A stretch of DNA of 64,000 bases. It comes from an uncultured Clostridia bacterium (GTDB lineage: Bacteria > Bacillota > Clostridia > TANB77 > CAG-465). The notes beneath the pieces are model-generated. The model was not told the origin of the DNA, made no database searches, and saw nothing but the letters and a program-made list of their open reading frames with translations. The stretch lies in assembly GCA_944388545.1 (NCBI GenBank), contig CALXJE010000022.1, positions 3,146 through 67,145 of the forward strand, in the 5' to 3' direction. Each line of letters begins with the position of its first letter. The first letter of the stretch is position 1. Shown here piece after piece: positions 37,442 through 48,684 of the stretch. Made by a program: the position numbers and the translations under genes.

Positions 37442-37765
37442 ATGGATTATATGAAATTAGGAGAGAAAATAAAAAAAGAGAGATTGCGTAATAGACTTAC
37501 TCAAGAAATGCTAGCTGAAATGGCGGAAATAACTAGTTCATATGTAGGTCAAATAGAACGAGGAGAAAGAAAAGTTACTTTGTCAAAACTAGTTAGAATA
37601 GCAAATGTATTGAATATTAGTGTAGATTATTTATTATCAGACACTATGGAAATGATAGAAGATAATTTAGAAATAGAGATAAAAAATGCGATGTGTAACA
37701 TGGAAGAAAAAGATAAATTAATGATAATAGATATTATAAAAATAATAAATGATTATAAGGATTAG
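37442..37765 (+). CDS. XRE family helix-turn-helix transcriptional regulator
   Basis: 107 aa. LGEKIKKERLRNRLTQEMLAEMAEITSSYVGQIERGERKVTLSKLVRIANVLNISVDYLL is a canonical HTH_3 domain. GGAGG RBS. Confidence 0.85.
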   Translation: MDYMKLGEKIKKERLRNRLTQEMLAEMAEITSSYVGQIERGERKVTLSKLVRIANVLNISVDYLLSDTMEMIEDNLEIEIKNAMCNMEEKDKLMIIDIIKIINDYKD

Positions 37766-37787
37766 TCAAAATGACTAATCTTTTTTT
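37760..37787 (+). terminator. Intrinsic terminator
   Basis: GATTAGTCA / TGACTAATC hairpin followed by TTTTTTT. Confidence 0.8.
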
Positions 37788-37846
37788 GTTACTTAGTATA
37801 TTTATATTTTAGTAAGCATAACATGTATAAGAAGTAGAGGGGTTAT

Positions 37847-38422
37847 ATGTCTAAAATTTGGTCTTTTATGATTATACTTTCAATTGTTGTTGCAATAATA
37901 TTAGGTAATATAAATAGTATTACGGACATAATTATGAATTCTAGCGTAAGTGCAACAGAAAATATACTTAAACTTATAGGGATGACATGCTTTTGGAGTG
38001 GTATATTTAATATTTTACAAAAAACAAAATTAATAGATAAATTATCAAAAGGTATAGAATCGTGCGTAAAAAGATTATTTAAAAAAGATGAAGTAAATGA
38101 TGAGGCAATGAAAAATATTAGTCTAAATATGACATGTGATATGTTAGGTGTGGGTAATGCAGCAACAGTGTATGGTCTTAAAGCAATTGAAGAACTAAAT
38201 AAAGAAAATAAAGAAAAAGATAAAGCAAATGATAGTATTATTATGTTTGTTATTTTAAATGCGGCCTCAATACAGCTTATACCTACGGGAATGATAACAT
38301 TAAGAGCAATGTATAATTCTAAAAATCCTGTAGAAATAGTACCTTATGTTTGGCTTATAACAGTAATAGCTTTAATTACTGGTATAGTAGCCTGTAAGAT
38401 ATTAAATAAAGTTATAAAGTAG
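37847..38422 (+). CDS. spmA: Spore maturation protein A (nucleoside-recognition/Gate domain)
   Basis: 191-aa polytopic protein paired with spmB. N-terminal IWSFMIILSI...FWSGIF pattern. Confidence 0.8.
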   Translation: MSKIWSFMIILSIVVAIILGNINSITDIIMNSSVSATENILKLIGMTCFWSGIFNILQKTKLIDKLSKGIESCVKRLFKKDEVNDEAMKNISLNMTCDMLGVGNAATVYGLKAIEELNKENKEKDKANDSIIMFVILNAASIQLIPTGMITLRAMYNSKNPVEIVPYVWLITVIALITGIVACKILNKVIK

Positions 38423-38431
38423 GAAAAAATT

Positions 38432-38956
38432 ATGATAGAGTATATTTCAATTATGGCTTTACCAATGATGATTTTTGTAATAGTAGTAACAGGTATTATT
38501 GAAAAAAAAGACGTATTAGCTCTGTTTACAGAAGGAGTAATAGATGGGTTAAAGGTGATATACAAAATATTTCCACACATATTAGCAATTATGGTAGCAG
38601 TGTCTTTATTTAAAGATACGGGAGCAATGGATATAGTTTTTAAACCTTTTAATGGTATACTGAGTAAGTTTAATATACCTAAGGAAATAGTAACACTTTC
38701 TATACTTAGACCTATTTCAGGAGGAGCTGCCAATTCTGTGGTTATGGACATATTTTCAGAATATGGTCCTGATTCTATACAAGGGAAAATAGCTTCCATT
38801 CTAATGGGAGGAACAGAGACAACTTTCTATGTAATAACAATATTGTTTGGAGCTGTAGGAATTAAAAAGATAAGAGGAACACTTGCTGCAGCTTTAATAG
38901 CAGATTTTGTAGCAATCGCATTATCTATATATATAGTGCTAAATGGGTATATTTAA
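38432..38956 (+). CDS. spmB: Spore maturation protein B
   Basis: 174-aa polytopic protein with LRPISGGAA and GGTETTFY motifs, adjacent to spmA. Confidence 0.8.
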   Translation: MIEYISIMALPMMIFVIVVTGIIEKKDVLALFTEGVIDGLKVIYKIFPHILAIMVAVSLFKDTGAMDIVFKPFNGILSKFNIPKEIVTLSILRPISGGAANSVVMDIFSEYGPDSIQGKIASILMGGTETTFYVITILFGAVGIKKIRGTLAAALIADFVAIALSIYIVLNGYI

Positions 38957-38971
38957 ATTTAATATAAAGTA

Positions 38972-39000
38972 TTGCAAATTAAAAAAATATACAGTATAAT
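38972..39000 (+). promoter_or_regulatory. SigA-type promoter of the comEB leader
   Basis: TTGCAA (38972-38977), 17-nt spacer, TATAAT (38995-39000). Confidence 0.55.
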
Positions 39001-39205
39001 AGCATTGTGTGATTAATGTTTTAATAAGTCGTTTTTAAGCAATTTAAATGTAAAAAAGTATAAAATATAAGCATTTTATAAATGTATTTGTGTTTTATTT
39101 TGCAGAACAGAAATGCTATAAAGAAAAAGCTTCGAAGATGATCCTATTAGATATAAAAAATATAGAATCACTAAAAAGCCAGAAATAATAAATAAAAAGT
39201 TATTT

Positions 39206-39235
39206 AATCACTCCACTAGGAGTGATTTTATTTAT
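39206..39235 (+). terminator. Intrinsic terminator inside the comEB leader
   Basis: AATCACTCC / GGAGTGATT hairpin with loop ACTA and a T-rich tail. It ends 16 nt before the comEB start. Confidence 0.7.
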
Positions 39236-39250
39236 ATATGAGGTGTTATT

Positions 39251-39721
39251 ATGAGAAGGGATAAAACAAATTATTATTTAGATATAGCAGAAGTTGTTGC
39301 TAAAAGATCAACATGCCTAAGAAGGCAATATGGTGCGGTTATAGTAAAAAACGATGAGGTTGTATCCTCAGGATATAACGGAGCTCCACGAGGTAGAAAA
39401 AACTGCATTGATTTGGGTAGATGTTTAAGACAAGAAAACAATATAAAATCAGGTGAAAGATATGAGCTTTGTAGAAGTGTACATGCGGAAGCAAACGCAT
39501 GTCTTTCAGCAGGTAGGAAAAACTGTATAGGATCTACAATATATTTAACAGGGCTAGAATTTGATAAATATGCTAAAGCAGAATGTTGCATAATGTGTAA
39601 ACGTATAATTATAAATGCTGGAATAGAAAAAGTTGTATATAGAATTGATAATGATAATTATCAAGAAGTAGATGTACAAGATTGGATAAAAAACGATGAA
39701 GGATTAGAACTTCTTAAATAA
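39251..39721 (+). CDS. comEB: dCMP deaminase (ComEB family)
   Basis: 156 aa with VHAEANA and CIMCKRIIINAGI zinc motifs. GAGGTG RBS. Confidence 0.88.
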   Translation: MRRDKTNYYLDIAEVVAKRSTCLRRQYGAVIVKNDEVVSSGYNGAPRGRKNCIDLGRCLRQENNIKSGERYELCRSVHAEANACLSAGRKNCIGSTIYLTGLEFDKYAKAECCIMCKRIIINAGIEKVVYRIDNDNYQEVDVQDWIKNDEGLELLK

Positions 39722-39856
39722 TATTGTAAAGCATAAAAGTGCAATAAAAAAGAGTACTTAACATAACAAAAAACATGCTATACATTTAAATATCATTGTT
39801 CATGTTAAAAGTATAAATATTATTAGATTAATAATATATAAATTTAATGCAAAGCA

Positions 39857-39885
39857 TTGACAAGCAAAAAAAGACGTGGTATAAT
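39857..39885 (+). promoter_or_regulatory. Strong promoter of the rpoBC operon
   Basis: TTGACA (39857-39862), 17-nt spacer, TGgTATAAT extended -10 (39877-39885). Confidence 0.7.
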
Positions 39886-39997
39886 AAAACAAATATTTTC
39901 GAGACTATCAAAGAAATATGTAAACTAAAATGTTGAAGGATGGTAGTATTGGTTGAAAAAAAGATTTGTAACGGGTAATAATTAAATATAAAAACTA

Positions 39998-40036
39998 AGT
40001 TGGTTTAACATAAAAAACCAATTTGGTTTTTTGTTG
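39998..40036 (+). promoter_or_regulatory. Leader hairpin / possible attenuator upstream of rpoB
   Basis: AAAACCAAATTTGGTTTT palindrome followed by TTGTTG. The alternative pairing AAGTTGGTTT / AAACCAATTT is mutually exclusive with it. Confidence 0.45.
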
Positions 40037-40083
40037 TCTTTTACAAATTTTTATGTAAATAGAAAAATATGGGGGGATTTATT

Positions 40084-43000
40084 GTGGTTCATGAAGTAAA
40101 AAATGGGAAAACAAGTAGAATGAGTTTTTCTAAAATTGAAGAAATTATTGATATGCCTGACTTAATTGAGGTTCAAAAATCATCATATAAATGGTTTTTA
40201 GAATCTGGATTAAAAGATGTTTTTTCAGACATATCTCCTATAATTGACTATTCTGGAAACCTTATGTTAGAATTTATTGATTATAGACTAGAAGATGAAA
40301 CTAAGTACACTATTGAAGAAGCAAAGGAAAGAAGTACTACTTATGCATCACGCCTGCAAGTTAAAGCAAGACTTATGAACAAAGAGACAGGAGAAATAAA
40401 AGAACAGGAAATATTTATGGGTGATTTCCCTCTAATGACTGAAAATGGCACATTTATAATAAACGGTGCAGAAAGAGTTGTAGTAAGTCAGCTTGTTAGA
40501 TCTCCAGGAGTATATTTTGATAAAACAAGAGATAAAACAGGTAAATTCTTGTATACGGCTACAGTTATGCCAAATAGGGGAACATGGCTTGAGTTTGAAA
40601 CTGACGCTCAAGATATGCAATGGGCAAGAGTAGATAGAACAAGAAAAGTCCCAATGACAACTTTAATTAGAGCTCTAGGATTTGAAAAAGATAGCGAGAT
40701 TTTAGAAATCTTTGAAGACGATATATTAGCAGAAACAATTGCAAAAGATTCGATAAAGACAACAGATGAAGCTTTACTTGAAATATATAAAAAATTAAGA
40801 CCAGGAGAACCTCTACATGTAGATGCAGCTAAATCTTTATTATTTGGACTACTTTTTGATGCAAGAAGATATGATTTATCAAGAGTAGGAAGATATAAAT
40901 ATAATAAAAAATTAAATATAGGAACTAGAGTAAAAGGAAAAGTAGCTGCAGAAAACGTAGTTAGCGAAGACGGAGAACTTTTAGTAAAAAAAGGTGAAGT
41001 AATATCAAATGAAGTAGCAGAGCAAATAAAAGATCTTGGAATAAATACTGTATATGTTGAAATAGAAGGTAAAAAAGTAAAAGTTATAGGAAATAATACA
41101 GTAGATATATCTAAATACTTGGGAATTGAAATAGATAAAAATGTTATAAAAGAAGAAGTATATATTCCAGCGCTAAAAGCTTTACTAGAGGAAATCGGAG
41201 ATGTAAAAGAAAAAGAATTAAAAGAAGCTATAGCGTCAAACAGAGAAAAATTAGTTATTAAACATATAACAATAGATGATATTATAGCATCAATAAATTA
41301 TTTTTTAAATTTTAATTATGGAATGGGTAAAATAGAAGACATTGACCATTTAGGAAATAGAAGAGTAAGATGTGTTGGAGAACTTTTACAAAATCAATTT
41401 AGAATTGGTTTAACAAGATTAGAAAGAGTTGTTCGTGAAAGAATGGCAACACAAGATTTGGATATTGCAACACCACAAGCCTTAATAAACATAAAGCCAG
41501 TAGTTGGAGCAATAAAAGAATTCTTTGGAAGCAGTCAGCTTTCTCAATTTATGGACCAAATAAACCCACTTGCAGAACTAACACATAAGAGAAGAATTTC
41601 TGCACTTGGACCAGGAGGACTTTCTAGAGAAAGAGCAGGAATGGAAGTTCGTGACGTTCACTATACTCACTATGGAAGACTTTGTCCTATAGAGTCTCCA
41701 GAAGGACCAAATATTGGACTTATAAGTTCACTTTCAACTTATGCAAAAATAAATAGATATGGATTTATAGAAGCTCCATATCGACCTGTTAATAAAGAAA
41801 CAGGAGAAGTATTAAATGAAATTATATATATGACAGCAGATACAGAAGATGGATATGTTGTTGCACAAGCAAATGAGGAACTTGATAATGAAAATAAATT
41901 TGTTAATAAAATAGTTAAAGCAAGATATCAAGATGAAACTATTGAAATAGAAAGAGAAAAAGTAGATTACATGGACGTTTCTCCAAAACAATTAGTTTCA
42001 GTAGCAACGGCAATGATACCTTTCTTAGAAAATGATGATGCTAACCGTGCTCTTATGGGTTCTAACATGCAACGTCAAGCAGTTCCATTAATTAGAGCAG
42101 AAAGTCCAATAGTTGGAACAGGAATAGAATATAAAGCAGCAATTGATTCGGGAATATGTATAATAGCAAATCAAGATGGTGTAGTTAAATATGTAAGTGC
42201 AGATAAAATTGTAATTGAAGGTAAAAATGGAGTAGAAGAGCATAGATTAACTAAGTATAAACGTTCAAATCAGGGAACATGTTTAAATCATAAACCAATT
42301 GTTCACAAGGGTGAAAAAGTTAAAAAAGGTGATGTTTTAGCAGACGGTTCATCAACAGATCATGGAGAAATGTCACTAGGGAAGAATATATTAATTGGAT
42401 TTATGACATGGGAAGGATACAACTATGAGGATGCTATATTAATATCAGAAGATTTAGTAAAAGATGATGTATTAACATCAATTCATATTGAAGATTATGA
42501 TTGTGAATCAAGAGATACTAAACTTGGTCCAGAAGAAATAACAAGAGAAATACCAAATGTTGGTGATGACGCATTAAAAGATTTAAATGAAAATGGTATT
42601 ATTCGTATAGGTGCTGAAGTAAGACCTGGAGATATATTAGTTGGTAAAGTAACTCCAAAAGGAGAAACTGAACTTACTGCAGAAGAAAAACTATTAAGAG
42701 CAATATTTGGTGAAAAGTCAAGAGAAGTTAGAGATACATCACTTAGGGTTCCACATGGTGAAGCAGGAACAGTAGTAGATGTTAAGATATTTACAAGAGA
42801 GACGTCTGATGAACTTGCACCAGGAGTGAATAAAGTAGTTAGAATATACATAGCTCAAAAGAGAAAAATATCAGTTGGAGATAAGATGGCAGGACGTCAT
42901 GGTAATAAGGGTGTTATATCTCGTATTTTACCAAGAGAAGATATGCCATATTTACCAGATGGTACACCACTTCAAATAGTATTAAATCCTCTTGGAGTAC

Positions 43001-43770
43001 CTTCTCGTATGAATATAGGGCAAGTATTAGAGGTGCATTTAGGATATGTAGCTAAAATGCTTGGCTGGAAGATAGCAACACCAGTATTTGATGGAGCTAA
43101 GGAAGAAGATATAGAAAAATTATTCGAAGAGCAGGGATTAAGTAAAACATGTAAGACTGTTGTTTACGACGGAAGAAGTGGAGAACCATTTGATATGCCG
43201 GTAACGGTAGGATATATGTACATGTTAAAGTTATATCATTTAGTAGATGACAAGATACATGCTCGTTCAATAGGTCCATACTCATTAGTAACTCAACAAC
43301 CTCTAGGAGGTAAAGCACAATTTGGTGGACAAAGATTTGGTGAGATGGAAGTTTGGGCGCTTGAAGCATACGGAGCAGCATATGCACTTCAAGAAATATT
43401 AACGGTAAAATCTGATGATGTGACAGGAAGATTAAAAACTTATGAAGCTATAGTTAAAGGTGAGGCAGTTCCTGAACCTGGTATACCAGAATCATTTAGA
43501 GTGCTTATTAAAGAATTACAAAGCTTGGGATTAGATATGAAACTGTATAATCAAAATGACCAGGTAGAAATAAAAGAAACTGTGGACACGCTTCATGAAG
43601 GTGAATATGATATTCCAACAGAAGATCCTGGAATTGAAGAAGACCCAAATGAGTTTATTATAGACGCTGATGAAGATGAAGAATCAGTTATAGATGATAT
43701 AAATGATATATCAGGAATTCAAATACAAGATATTGATGAATTAGATGATGTATTTATCGAAGAAGAATAG
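40084..43770 (+). CDS. rpoB: DNA-directed RNA polymerase subunit beta
   Basis: Full-length RpoB with the usual conserved blocks. The GTG at 40084 gives [15 protein letters not shown] (homologs start MVHPV...) and has a GGGGGGA RBS 6 nt upstream. The ATG at 40069 is the alternative. Confidence 0.95.
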   Translation: MVHEVKNGKTSRMSFSKIEEIIDMPDLIEVQKSSYKWFLESGLKDVFSDISPIIDYSGNLMLEFIDYRLEDETKYTIEEAKERSTTYASRLQVKARLMNKETGEIKEQEIFMGDFPLMTENGTFIINGAERVVVSQLVRSPGVYFDKTRDKTGKFLYTATVMPNRGTWLEFETDAQDMQWARVDRTRKVPMTTLIRALGFEKDSEILEIFEDDILAETIAKDSIKTTDEALLEIYKKLRPGEPLHVDAAKSLLFGLLFDARRYDLSRVGRYKYNKKLNIGTRVKGKVAAENVVSEDGELLVKKGEVISNEVAEQIKDLGINTVYVEIEGKKVKVIGNNTVDISKYLGIEIDKNVIKEEVYIPALKALLEEIGDVKEKELKEAIASNREKLVIKHITIDDIIASINYFLNFNYGMGKIEDIDHLGNRRVRCVGELLQNQFRIGLTRLERVVRERMATQDLDIATPQALINIKPVVGAIKEFFGSSQLSQFMDQINPLAELTHKRRISALGPGGLSRERAGMEVRDVHYTHYGRLCPIESPEGPNIGLISSLSTYAKINRYGFIEAPYRPVNKETGEVLNEIIYMTADTEDGYVVAQANEELDNENKFVNKIVKARYQDETIEIEREKVDYMDVSPKQLVSVATAMIPFLENDDANRALMGSNMQRQAVPLIRAESPIVGTGIEYKAAIDSGICIIANQDGVVKYVSADKIVIEGKNGVEEHRLTKYKRSNQGTCLNHKPIVHKGEKVKKGDVLADGSSTDHGEMSLGKNILIGFMTWEGYNYEDAILISEDLVKDDVLTSIHIEDYDCESRDTKLGPEEITREIPNVGDDALKDLNENGIIRIGAEVRPGDILVGKVTPKGETELTAEEKLLRAIFGEKSREVRDTSLRVPHGEAGTVVDVKIFTRETSDELAPGVNKVVRIYIAQKRKISVGDKMAGRHGNKGVISRILPREDMPYLPDGTPLQIVLNPLGVPSRMNIGQVLEVHLGYVAKMLGWKIATPVFDGAKEEDIEKLFEEQGLSKTCKTVVYDGRSGEPFDMPVTVGYMYMLKLYHLVDDKIHARSIGPYSLVTQQPLGGKAQFGGQRFGEMEVWALEAYGAAYALQEILTVKSDDVTGRLKTYEAIVKGEAVPEPGIPESFRVLIKELQSLGLDMKLYNQNDQVEIKETVDTLHEGEYDIPTEDPGIEEDPNEFIIDADEDEESVIDDINDISGIQIQDIDELDDVFIEEE

Positions 43771-43790
43771 GGATAAGGAGGTAAGAATTA

Positions 43791-46700
43791 ATGCAAAGTG
43801 AAGTAGAAAATTTTGATAGATTAAGTATTGGACTTGCATCACCTGACAAAATGAGAGAATGGTCTAAAGGTGAAGTAAAAAAACCAGAAACAATTAATTA
43901 TAGAACCCTTAAACCTGAAAGAGATGGACTTTTCTGTGAAAAAATATTTGGACCAACAAAAGATTGGGAATGTTATTGCGGAAAGTATAAAAAAGTTAGA
44001 TATAAAGGAATTATATGTGATAGATGTGGTGTAGAAGTAACTAAAAAAAGTGTTAGAAGAGAAAGAATGGGGCACGTAGAACTTGCAACTCCAGTTTCTC
44101 ACATCTGGTACTTTAAAGGAATTCCAAGTAGAATGAGTTTAATATTAGATATTTCTCCTAAAGCATTAGAAAGAGTTATATATTTTGCATCATATATTGT
44201 ATTGAATCCTAAAGATACAGGACTTACATATAAACAAGTTATAAATGAAAAGGAATATAGAGAAGCTATAGAAAAATATGGTTATGGATCTTTTGAAGTG
44301 GGAATGGGTGCGGAAGCTGTTAAAAAACTATTAGAACAAGTAGACCTAAATAAATTAGAAAAAGAAATAAGAGATAGTTTGGAGAAAGCTTCTGGACAAA
44401 AAAGACCAAAACTAATAAAAAGATTAGAAACAGTAGAAGCCTTTGCAAAATCAGGAAATAGGCCTGAATGGATGATACTTGACGTAATTCCAGTCATCCC
44501 TCCAGAATTAAGACCTATGGTTCAATTAGATGGAGGTAGATTTGCAACTTCTGATTTAAATGATCTATATAGAAGAGTTATAAATAGAAACAACAGATTA
44601 AAAAGACTATTAGAATTAGAAGCACCTGATATTATTATACGTAACGAAAAGAGAATGTTACAAGAATCAGTTGATGCGTTAATAGATAATGGAAGACGTG
44701 GTAGACCAGTAACAGGAGCAGGAAATAGACCTTTAAAATCCTTATCAGATATGCTTAAAGGAAAGCAAGGTAGATTTAGACAAAACTTACTAGGTAAGAG
44801 AGTAGATTATTCAGGACGTTCTGTTATTGTTGTAGGACCAGAACTTAAAATACATCAGTGTGGTCTTCCAAGAGAAATGGCATTAGAATTATTTAAACCA
44901 TTTGTAATGAAAGAACTTGTAAAAAGAGGAATGGCATTTAATATCAAAAATGCAAAGAGAATGGTAGAAAAAGCAGCTGTAGAAGTTTGGGATGTATTAG
45001 AGGAAGTAATTAAAGATAGACCTGTTCTATTAAACCGTGCGCCTACACTTCATAGATTGGGTATTCAAGCGTTTGAACCAGTTCTTGTAGAAGGAAGAGC
45101 AATAAAACTTCACCCATTAGTTTGTACAGCATTTAATGCGGATTTTGATGGTGACCAGATGGCAGTTCACGTTCCTTTATCACCAGAGGCTCAATCTGAA
45201 GCTAAGTTCTTAATGCTTGCATCAAATAATTTATTAAAATTACAAGATGGTAAGCCTGTTGCAGTACCTACACAAGACATGATACTTGGAAGTTATTATT
45301 TAACACTGGAAGTACCAGGTGAAAAAGGCGAAGGTATGATATTTACTAATATGGATGAAGCTATGATGGCATATGATGCAAGAGAAATTGGATTACATGC
45401 TAAGATGAAAATAAGGGTTTCAAAAGAAGTAAATGGGGAAACTGTTACAGGAATAATAGAAACTACTGTTGGTAAAATGATATTTAATGAAATAATACCA
45501 CAAGATTTAGGGTTTGTTGATAGAACGAAACCTGAAAATAATTTAGTTAGAGAAATAGAATTTCCTGTTAGAAAAAAAGAACTTGGTGTTATAATAGATA
45601 AGTGTATTGCAAAGCATGGAATAGCAAGAACAGCAGAAGTTTTAGATGATATTAAGGCATTAGGATTTAAATATTCAACAAGAGGAGCTGTTACAGTCTC
45701 TATATCAGATATTGAGGTTCCTGAAGAAAGAGAAGAAATTTTAAGAACCGCAGAAGAAAAAGTAGAAACAATTAGAAAGAATTTTAAACGTGGACTTATA
45801 TCAGATGAAGAAAGACATAATGAAATTATTAAAGTATGGTCTAAAGCAACTGATGATATACAATCAGCAATAATGAATAATAAAAATACATTAAACCCAG
45901 TATTCATGATGGCACATACAGGTGCAAGAGGAAATCCAACTCAAATAAGACAACTTGGAGGTATCCGTGGGCTTATGGCTAATACTTCAGGTGAAACTGT
46001 CGAAATTCCAATTCGTTCTAGTTTTAGAGATGGTCTTGATGTTTTAGAGTACTTTATTTCTACACATGGTGCTAGAAAGGGATTAACTGATACAGCATTA
46101 AGAACAGCTGACTCTGGTTACTTAACAAGAAGACTTGTTGATGTTAATCAAGATGTTATAGTTATGGAGGATGACTGTGGAACACATGAAGGAATAACAG
46201 TTGAAGCTATAATGGAAAGTGGAGAGCCTATTGAAAAGTTAGAAGAGAGACTAGAAGGAAGATATTTAGCAGAAGACGTAAAAGATGCAGAAGGAAATAT
46301 AATTGCTGAAAGAAATACATACATAACAGCAGATCTAGCTGATTCTATAGTTAAAGCCGGTAACACTAAAGTTAAAGTAAGATCAGTACTTACTTGTGAT
46401 CTTGGTAGAGGCGTATGTTCAAAATGTTATGGTAAAAACTTAGCAACAGGCGAACCTATAACAACAGGAGAGGCAGTTGGTATTATAGCTGCTCAATCAA
46501 TAGGTGAACCAGGAACTCAGCTTACAATGAGAACATTCCACTCTGGTGGTGTTGCAGGGGGAGATATTACTCAAGGTCTTCCAAGAGTTGAAGAATTGTT
46601 CGAAGCTAGAAAACCTAAGGGTGTTGCTATGATAACAGAAATAGCTGGAACTGTTAAATTAGGAGATAATGGAACTAATAAAACTGTAACAGTTATGTCT

Positions 46701-47345
46701 GATGATAAGCAAGCAGAAACATATGTAATACCATTTGGTATGAGATTATCAGTAAAAGAAGGAGATGTTTTAGAAGCTGGAGATAGAATTACGGAGGGAT
46801 CATTAAATCCTCATGATATAATTCGTATCAAAGGTGAAGAAGCAGTTCAAAACTATTTAACTGAGGAAGTTCAAAAAGTTTATAGAACACAAGGTGTTCA
46901 TATAAATGATAAGCATATTGAAATAGTTGCTAAGCAAATGCTTAGAAAAATAAAAGTAAAAGATGCAGGAGATACTGATTTGATAGTCGGTTCTGTAATA
47001 GATATAAATGAATTTAAGAAGGCAAATAGAAAACTAGAAGAAGGCAAAAAGAAAGCTGAAGGAACAAAAGAACTTCTAGGTATAACAAAAGTAGCTCTTC
47101 TTACAGAATCATTCTTGTCAGCAGCATCATTCCAAGAAACCGCAAGAGTTTTAACGGATTCAGCAATTAAAGGGAAAACTGATAAATTATTAGGACTAAA
47201 AGAAAACGTAATTATCGGTAGATTAATACCAGCAGGAACAGGTGTAATTGACTACAAAAACATGAAAATAAAAGAAGAAGGTAAGATGGAAAATTATATA
47301 ACTGATTCTGATATGATATTAAAATCTGATGTTATAATTGAATAA
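43791..47345 (+). CDS. rpoC: DNA-directed RNA polymerase subunit beta'
   Basis: 1184 aa with zinc motif [20 protein letters not shown] and catalytic [21 protein letters not shown]. Confidence 0.97.
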   Translation: MQSEVENFDRLSIGLASPDKMREWSKGEVKKPETINYRTLKPERDGLFCEKIFGPTKDWECYCGKYKKVRYKGIICDRCGVEVTKKSVRRERMGHVELATPVSHIWYFKGIPSRMSLILDISPKALERVIYFASYIVLNPKDTGLTYKQVINEKEYREAIEKYGYGSFEVGMGAEAVKKLLEQVDLNKLEKEIRDSLEKASGQKRPKLIKRLETVEAFAKSGNRPEWMILDVIPVIPPELRPMVQLDGGRFATSDLNDLYRRVINRNNRLKRLLELEAPDIIIRNEKRMLQESVDALIDNGRRGRPVTGAGNRPLKSLSDMLKGKQGRFRQNLLGKRVDYSGRSVIVVGPELKIHQCGLPREMALELFKPFVMKELVKRGMAFNIKNAKRMVEKAAVEVWDVLEEVIKDRPVLLNRAPTLHRLGIQAFEPVLVEGRAIKLHPLVCTAFNADFDGDQMAVHVPLSPEAQSEAKFLMLASNNLLKLQDGKPVAVPTQDMILGSYYLTLEVPGEKGEGMIFTNMDEAMMAYDAREIGLHAKMKIRVSKEVNGETVTGIIETTVGKMIFNEIIPQDLGFVDRTKPENNLVREIEFPVRKKELGVIIDKCIAKHGIARTAEVLDDIKALGFKYSTRGAVTVSISDIEVPEEREEILRTAEEKVETIRKNFKRGLISDEERHNEIIKVWSKATDDIQSAIMNNKNTLNPVFMMAHTGARGNPTQIRQLGGIRGLMANTSGETVEIPIRSSFRDGLDVLEYFISTHGARKGLTDTALRTADSGYLTRRLVDVNQDVIVMEDDCGTHEGITVEAIMESGEPIEKLEERLEGRYLAEDVKDAEGNIIAERNTYITADLADSIVKAGNTKVKVRSVLTCDLGRGVCSKCYGKNLATGEPITTGEAVGIIAAQSIGEPGTQLTMRTFHSGGVAGGDITQGLPRVEELFEARKPKGVAMITEIAGTVKLGDNGTNKTVTVMSDDKQAETYVIPFGMRLSVKEGDVLEAGDRITEGSLNPHDIIRIKGEEAVQNYLTEEVQKVYRTQGVHINDKHIEIVAKQMLRKIKVKDAGDTDLIVGSVIDINEFKKANRKLEEGKKKAEGTKELLGITKVALLTESFLSAASFQETARVLTDSAIKGKTDKLLGLKENVIIGRLIPAGTGVIDYKNMKIKEEGKMENYITDSDMILKSDVIIE

Positions 47346-47360
47346 TATAAATGAAATAAA

Positions 47361-47395
47361 AAAGGTGTGACTAAGATTTACACCTTTTTATTTTA
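47361..47395 (+). terminator. Intrinsic terminator of rpoBC
   Basis: AAAGGTGT / ACACCTTT hairpin followed by TTATTTT. Confidence 0.8.
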
Positions 47396-47484
47396 ATCCT
47401 AAATTTTTATATATTTATTATATTTATAGTGTTGAAAAAATATATGATAATCCTGTATAATATGAATAACTTATGGAGGTAAAA

Positions 47485-48639
47485 ATGAAAAAAATATTAA
47501 CAATACTATTTATAGCAATTATAGTTATAGCAGGGATCTTTTTTTTCACTAGTTCACAAAATTTTATGGAAAATATAGTTAAAGATATAGATGTATCAGA
47601 AATAAAGTTAAGTGATATAGGATATAATAGTAACATGTATTATTATGAGAAATTAAGTGATAGTCAAAAAAAATGTTATAGAGCTATAGCAAAAGGTATT
47701 ATGGAATTAAAAGAAAATATAACTGTACAAGTAACAAAAGAAGAGAATTATGACATTATAAAAGATGATATAGATATAGCCCTTGCGGCTCTTTTAGCAG
47801 ATTACCCAGATGCTTTCTACATAGGAGACAAATATGAAATAGGCTCATTAAATATTATTAATACAAAAATATTAAATTTAAAATTAGATTATACTTCAAA
47901 AAATAAAGCTGAAATACAAAACATGGCAGCTAAGATGAATGATGAACTAGATAAAATTAGTAGTAGATTAGTAGATGCAAAAAGTAATTACGAAAAAGAA
48001 TTATTAATTCATGATATATTAGCTAAAGATATAGCTTATTATAATTATGAAGATGTAAACAATATACCATTTATTAAACATACAGCATATAGCGCTCTTG
48101 TAGATAAGTCAGCAGTTTGTGATGGAATGACTAAAGCATTTCAAATAGCATTAAACAAAAATGGTATCGAAAGCATATTTGTAACTGGTGAAACTGAAGG
48201 GGTGGCACATGCGTGGTGTAAAGTAAAAATAGACAATGATTATTATAATGTGGATTTGACGTCTGATAAAACATTAAATGCAGAAAATACAGATTTAATA
48301 GTTCATTCATATTTTAATGTAACTGATAAAGAAATATTAAATACACATAAGATTGATAAAAATGATCAGTTGCCAAGTTGTACAGCAACCAAATATAATT
48401 ATTATATATTTAACAATTATACAATAAGTACACTTGATAATTTTCAGTATAAATTAAATCAAATAGTTCAAAAACAGAAGGCAGAGCCATTATTAGAGGT
48501 CAATATAACGGGAATAAATAATGTTCCAGAAAAACTAGTAGAAGCATTATATAACATTAATTTTAATAGATTTAAAACTAATAATATAACTAGTATGCAA
48601 TATAATAAAATAAATAATAATTATATAGTAATAAAATAA
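47485..48639 (+). CDS. Transglutaminase-like cysteine protease domain protein, membrane-anchored
   Basis: N-terminal TM. Cys-His-Asp core reads AVCDGMTKAF ... AHAWCKVKIDNDYYNVDLT. The ATG at 47485 follows a GGAGG RBS. Confidence 0.75.
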   Translation: MKKILTILFIAIIVIAGIFFFTSSQNFMENIVKDIDVSEIKLSDIGYNSNMYYYEKLSDSQKKCYRAIAKGIMELKENITVQVTKEENYDIIKDDIDIALAALLADYPDAFYIGDKYEIGSLNIINTKILNLKLDYTSKNKAEIQNMAAKMNDELDKISSRLVDAKSNYEKELLIHDILAKDIAYYNYEDVNNIPFIKHTAYSALVDKSAVCDGMTKAFQIALNKNGIESIFVTGETEGVAHAWCKVKIDNDYYNVDLTSDKTLNAENTDLIVHSYFNVTDKEILNTHKIDKNDQLPSCTATKYNYYIFNNYTISTLDNFQYKLNQIVQKQKAEPLLEVNITGINNVPEKLVEALYNINFNRFKTNNITSMQYNKINNNYIVIK

Positions 48640-48684
48640 ATAAAAAATATTTAACATAGTATAGATATATAGGGGAGAATTAAT

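Noticed and set aside
37303-37491. 62-aa plus-strand ORF overlapping the XRE regulator's promoter and start
   Set aside because: It has no RBS and overlaps the better-supported XRE gene (GGAGG RBS, canonical HTH). The translation is low-complexity.
43552-43770. Long acidic C-terminal tail of RpoB ([33 protein letters not shown])
   Set aside because: Acidic C-terminal extensions are common in Firmicute RpoB (for example B. subtilis), so this is not unusual.
40432-46366. Antisense ORFs inside rpoB and rpoC (40432-40620, 42495-42851, 43097-43387, 43839-44102, 44282-44497, 45296-45907, 46148-46366)
   Set aside because: They lie opposite universally conserved coding sequence. The Ser/Pro/Leu-rich translations are typical of antisense frames.
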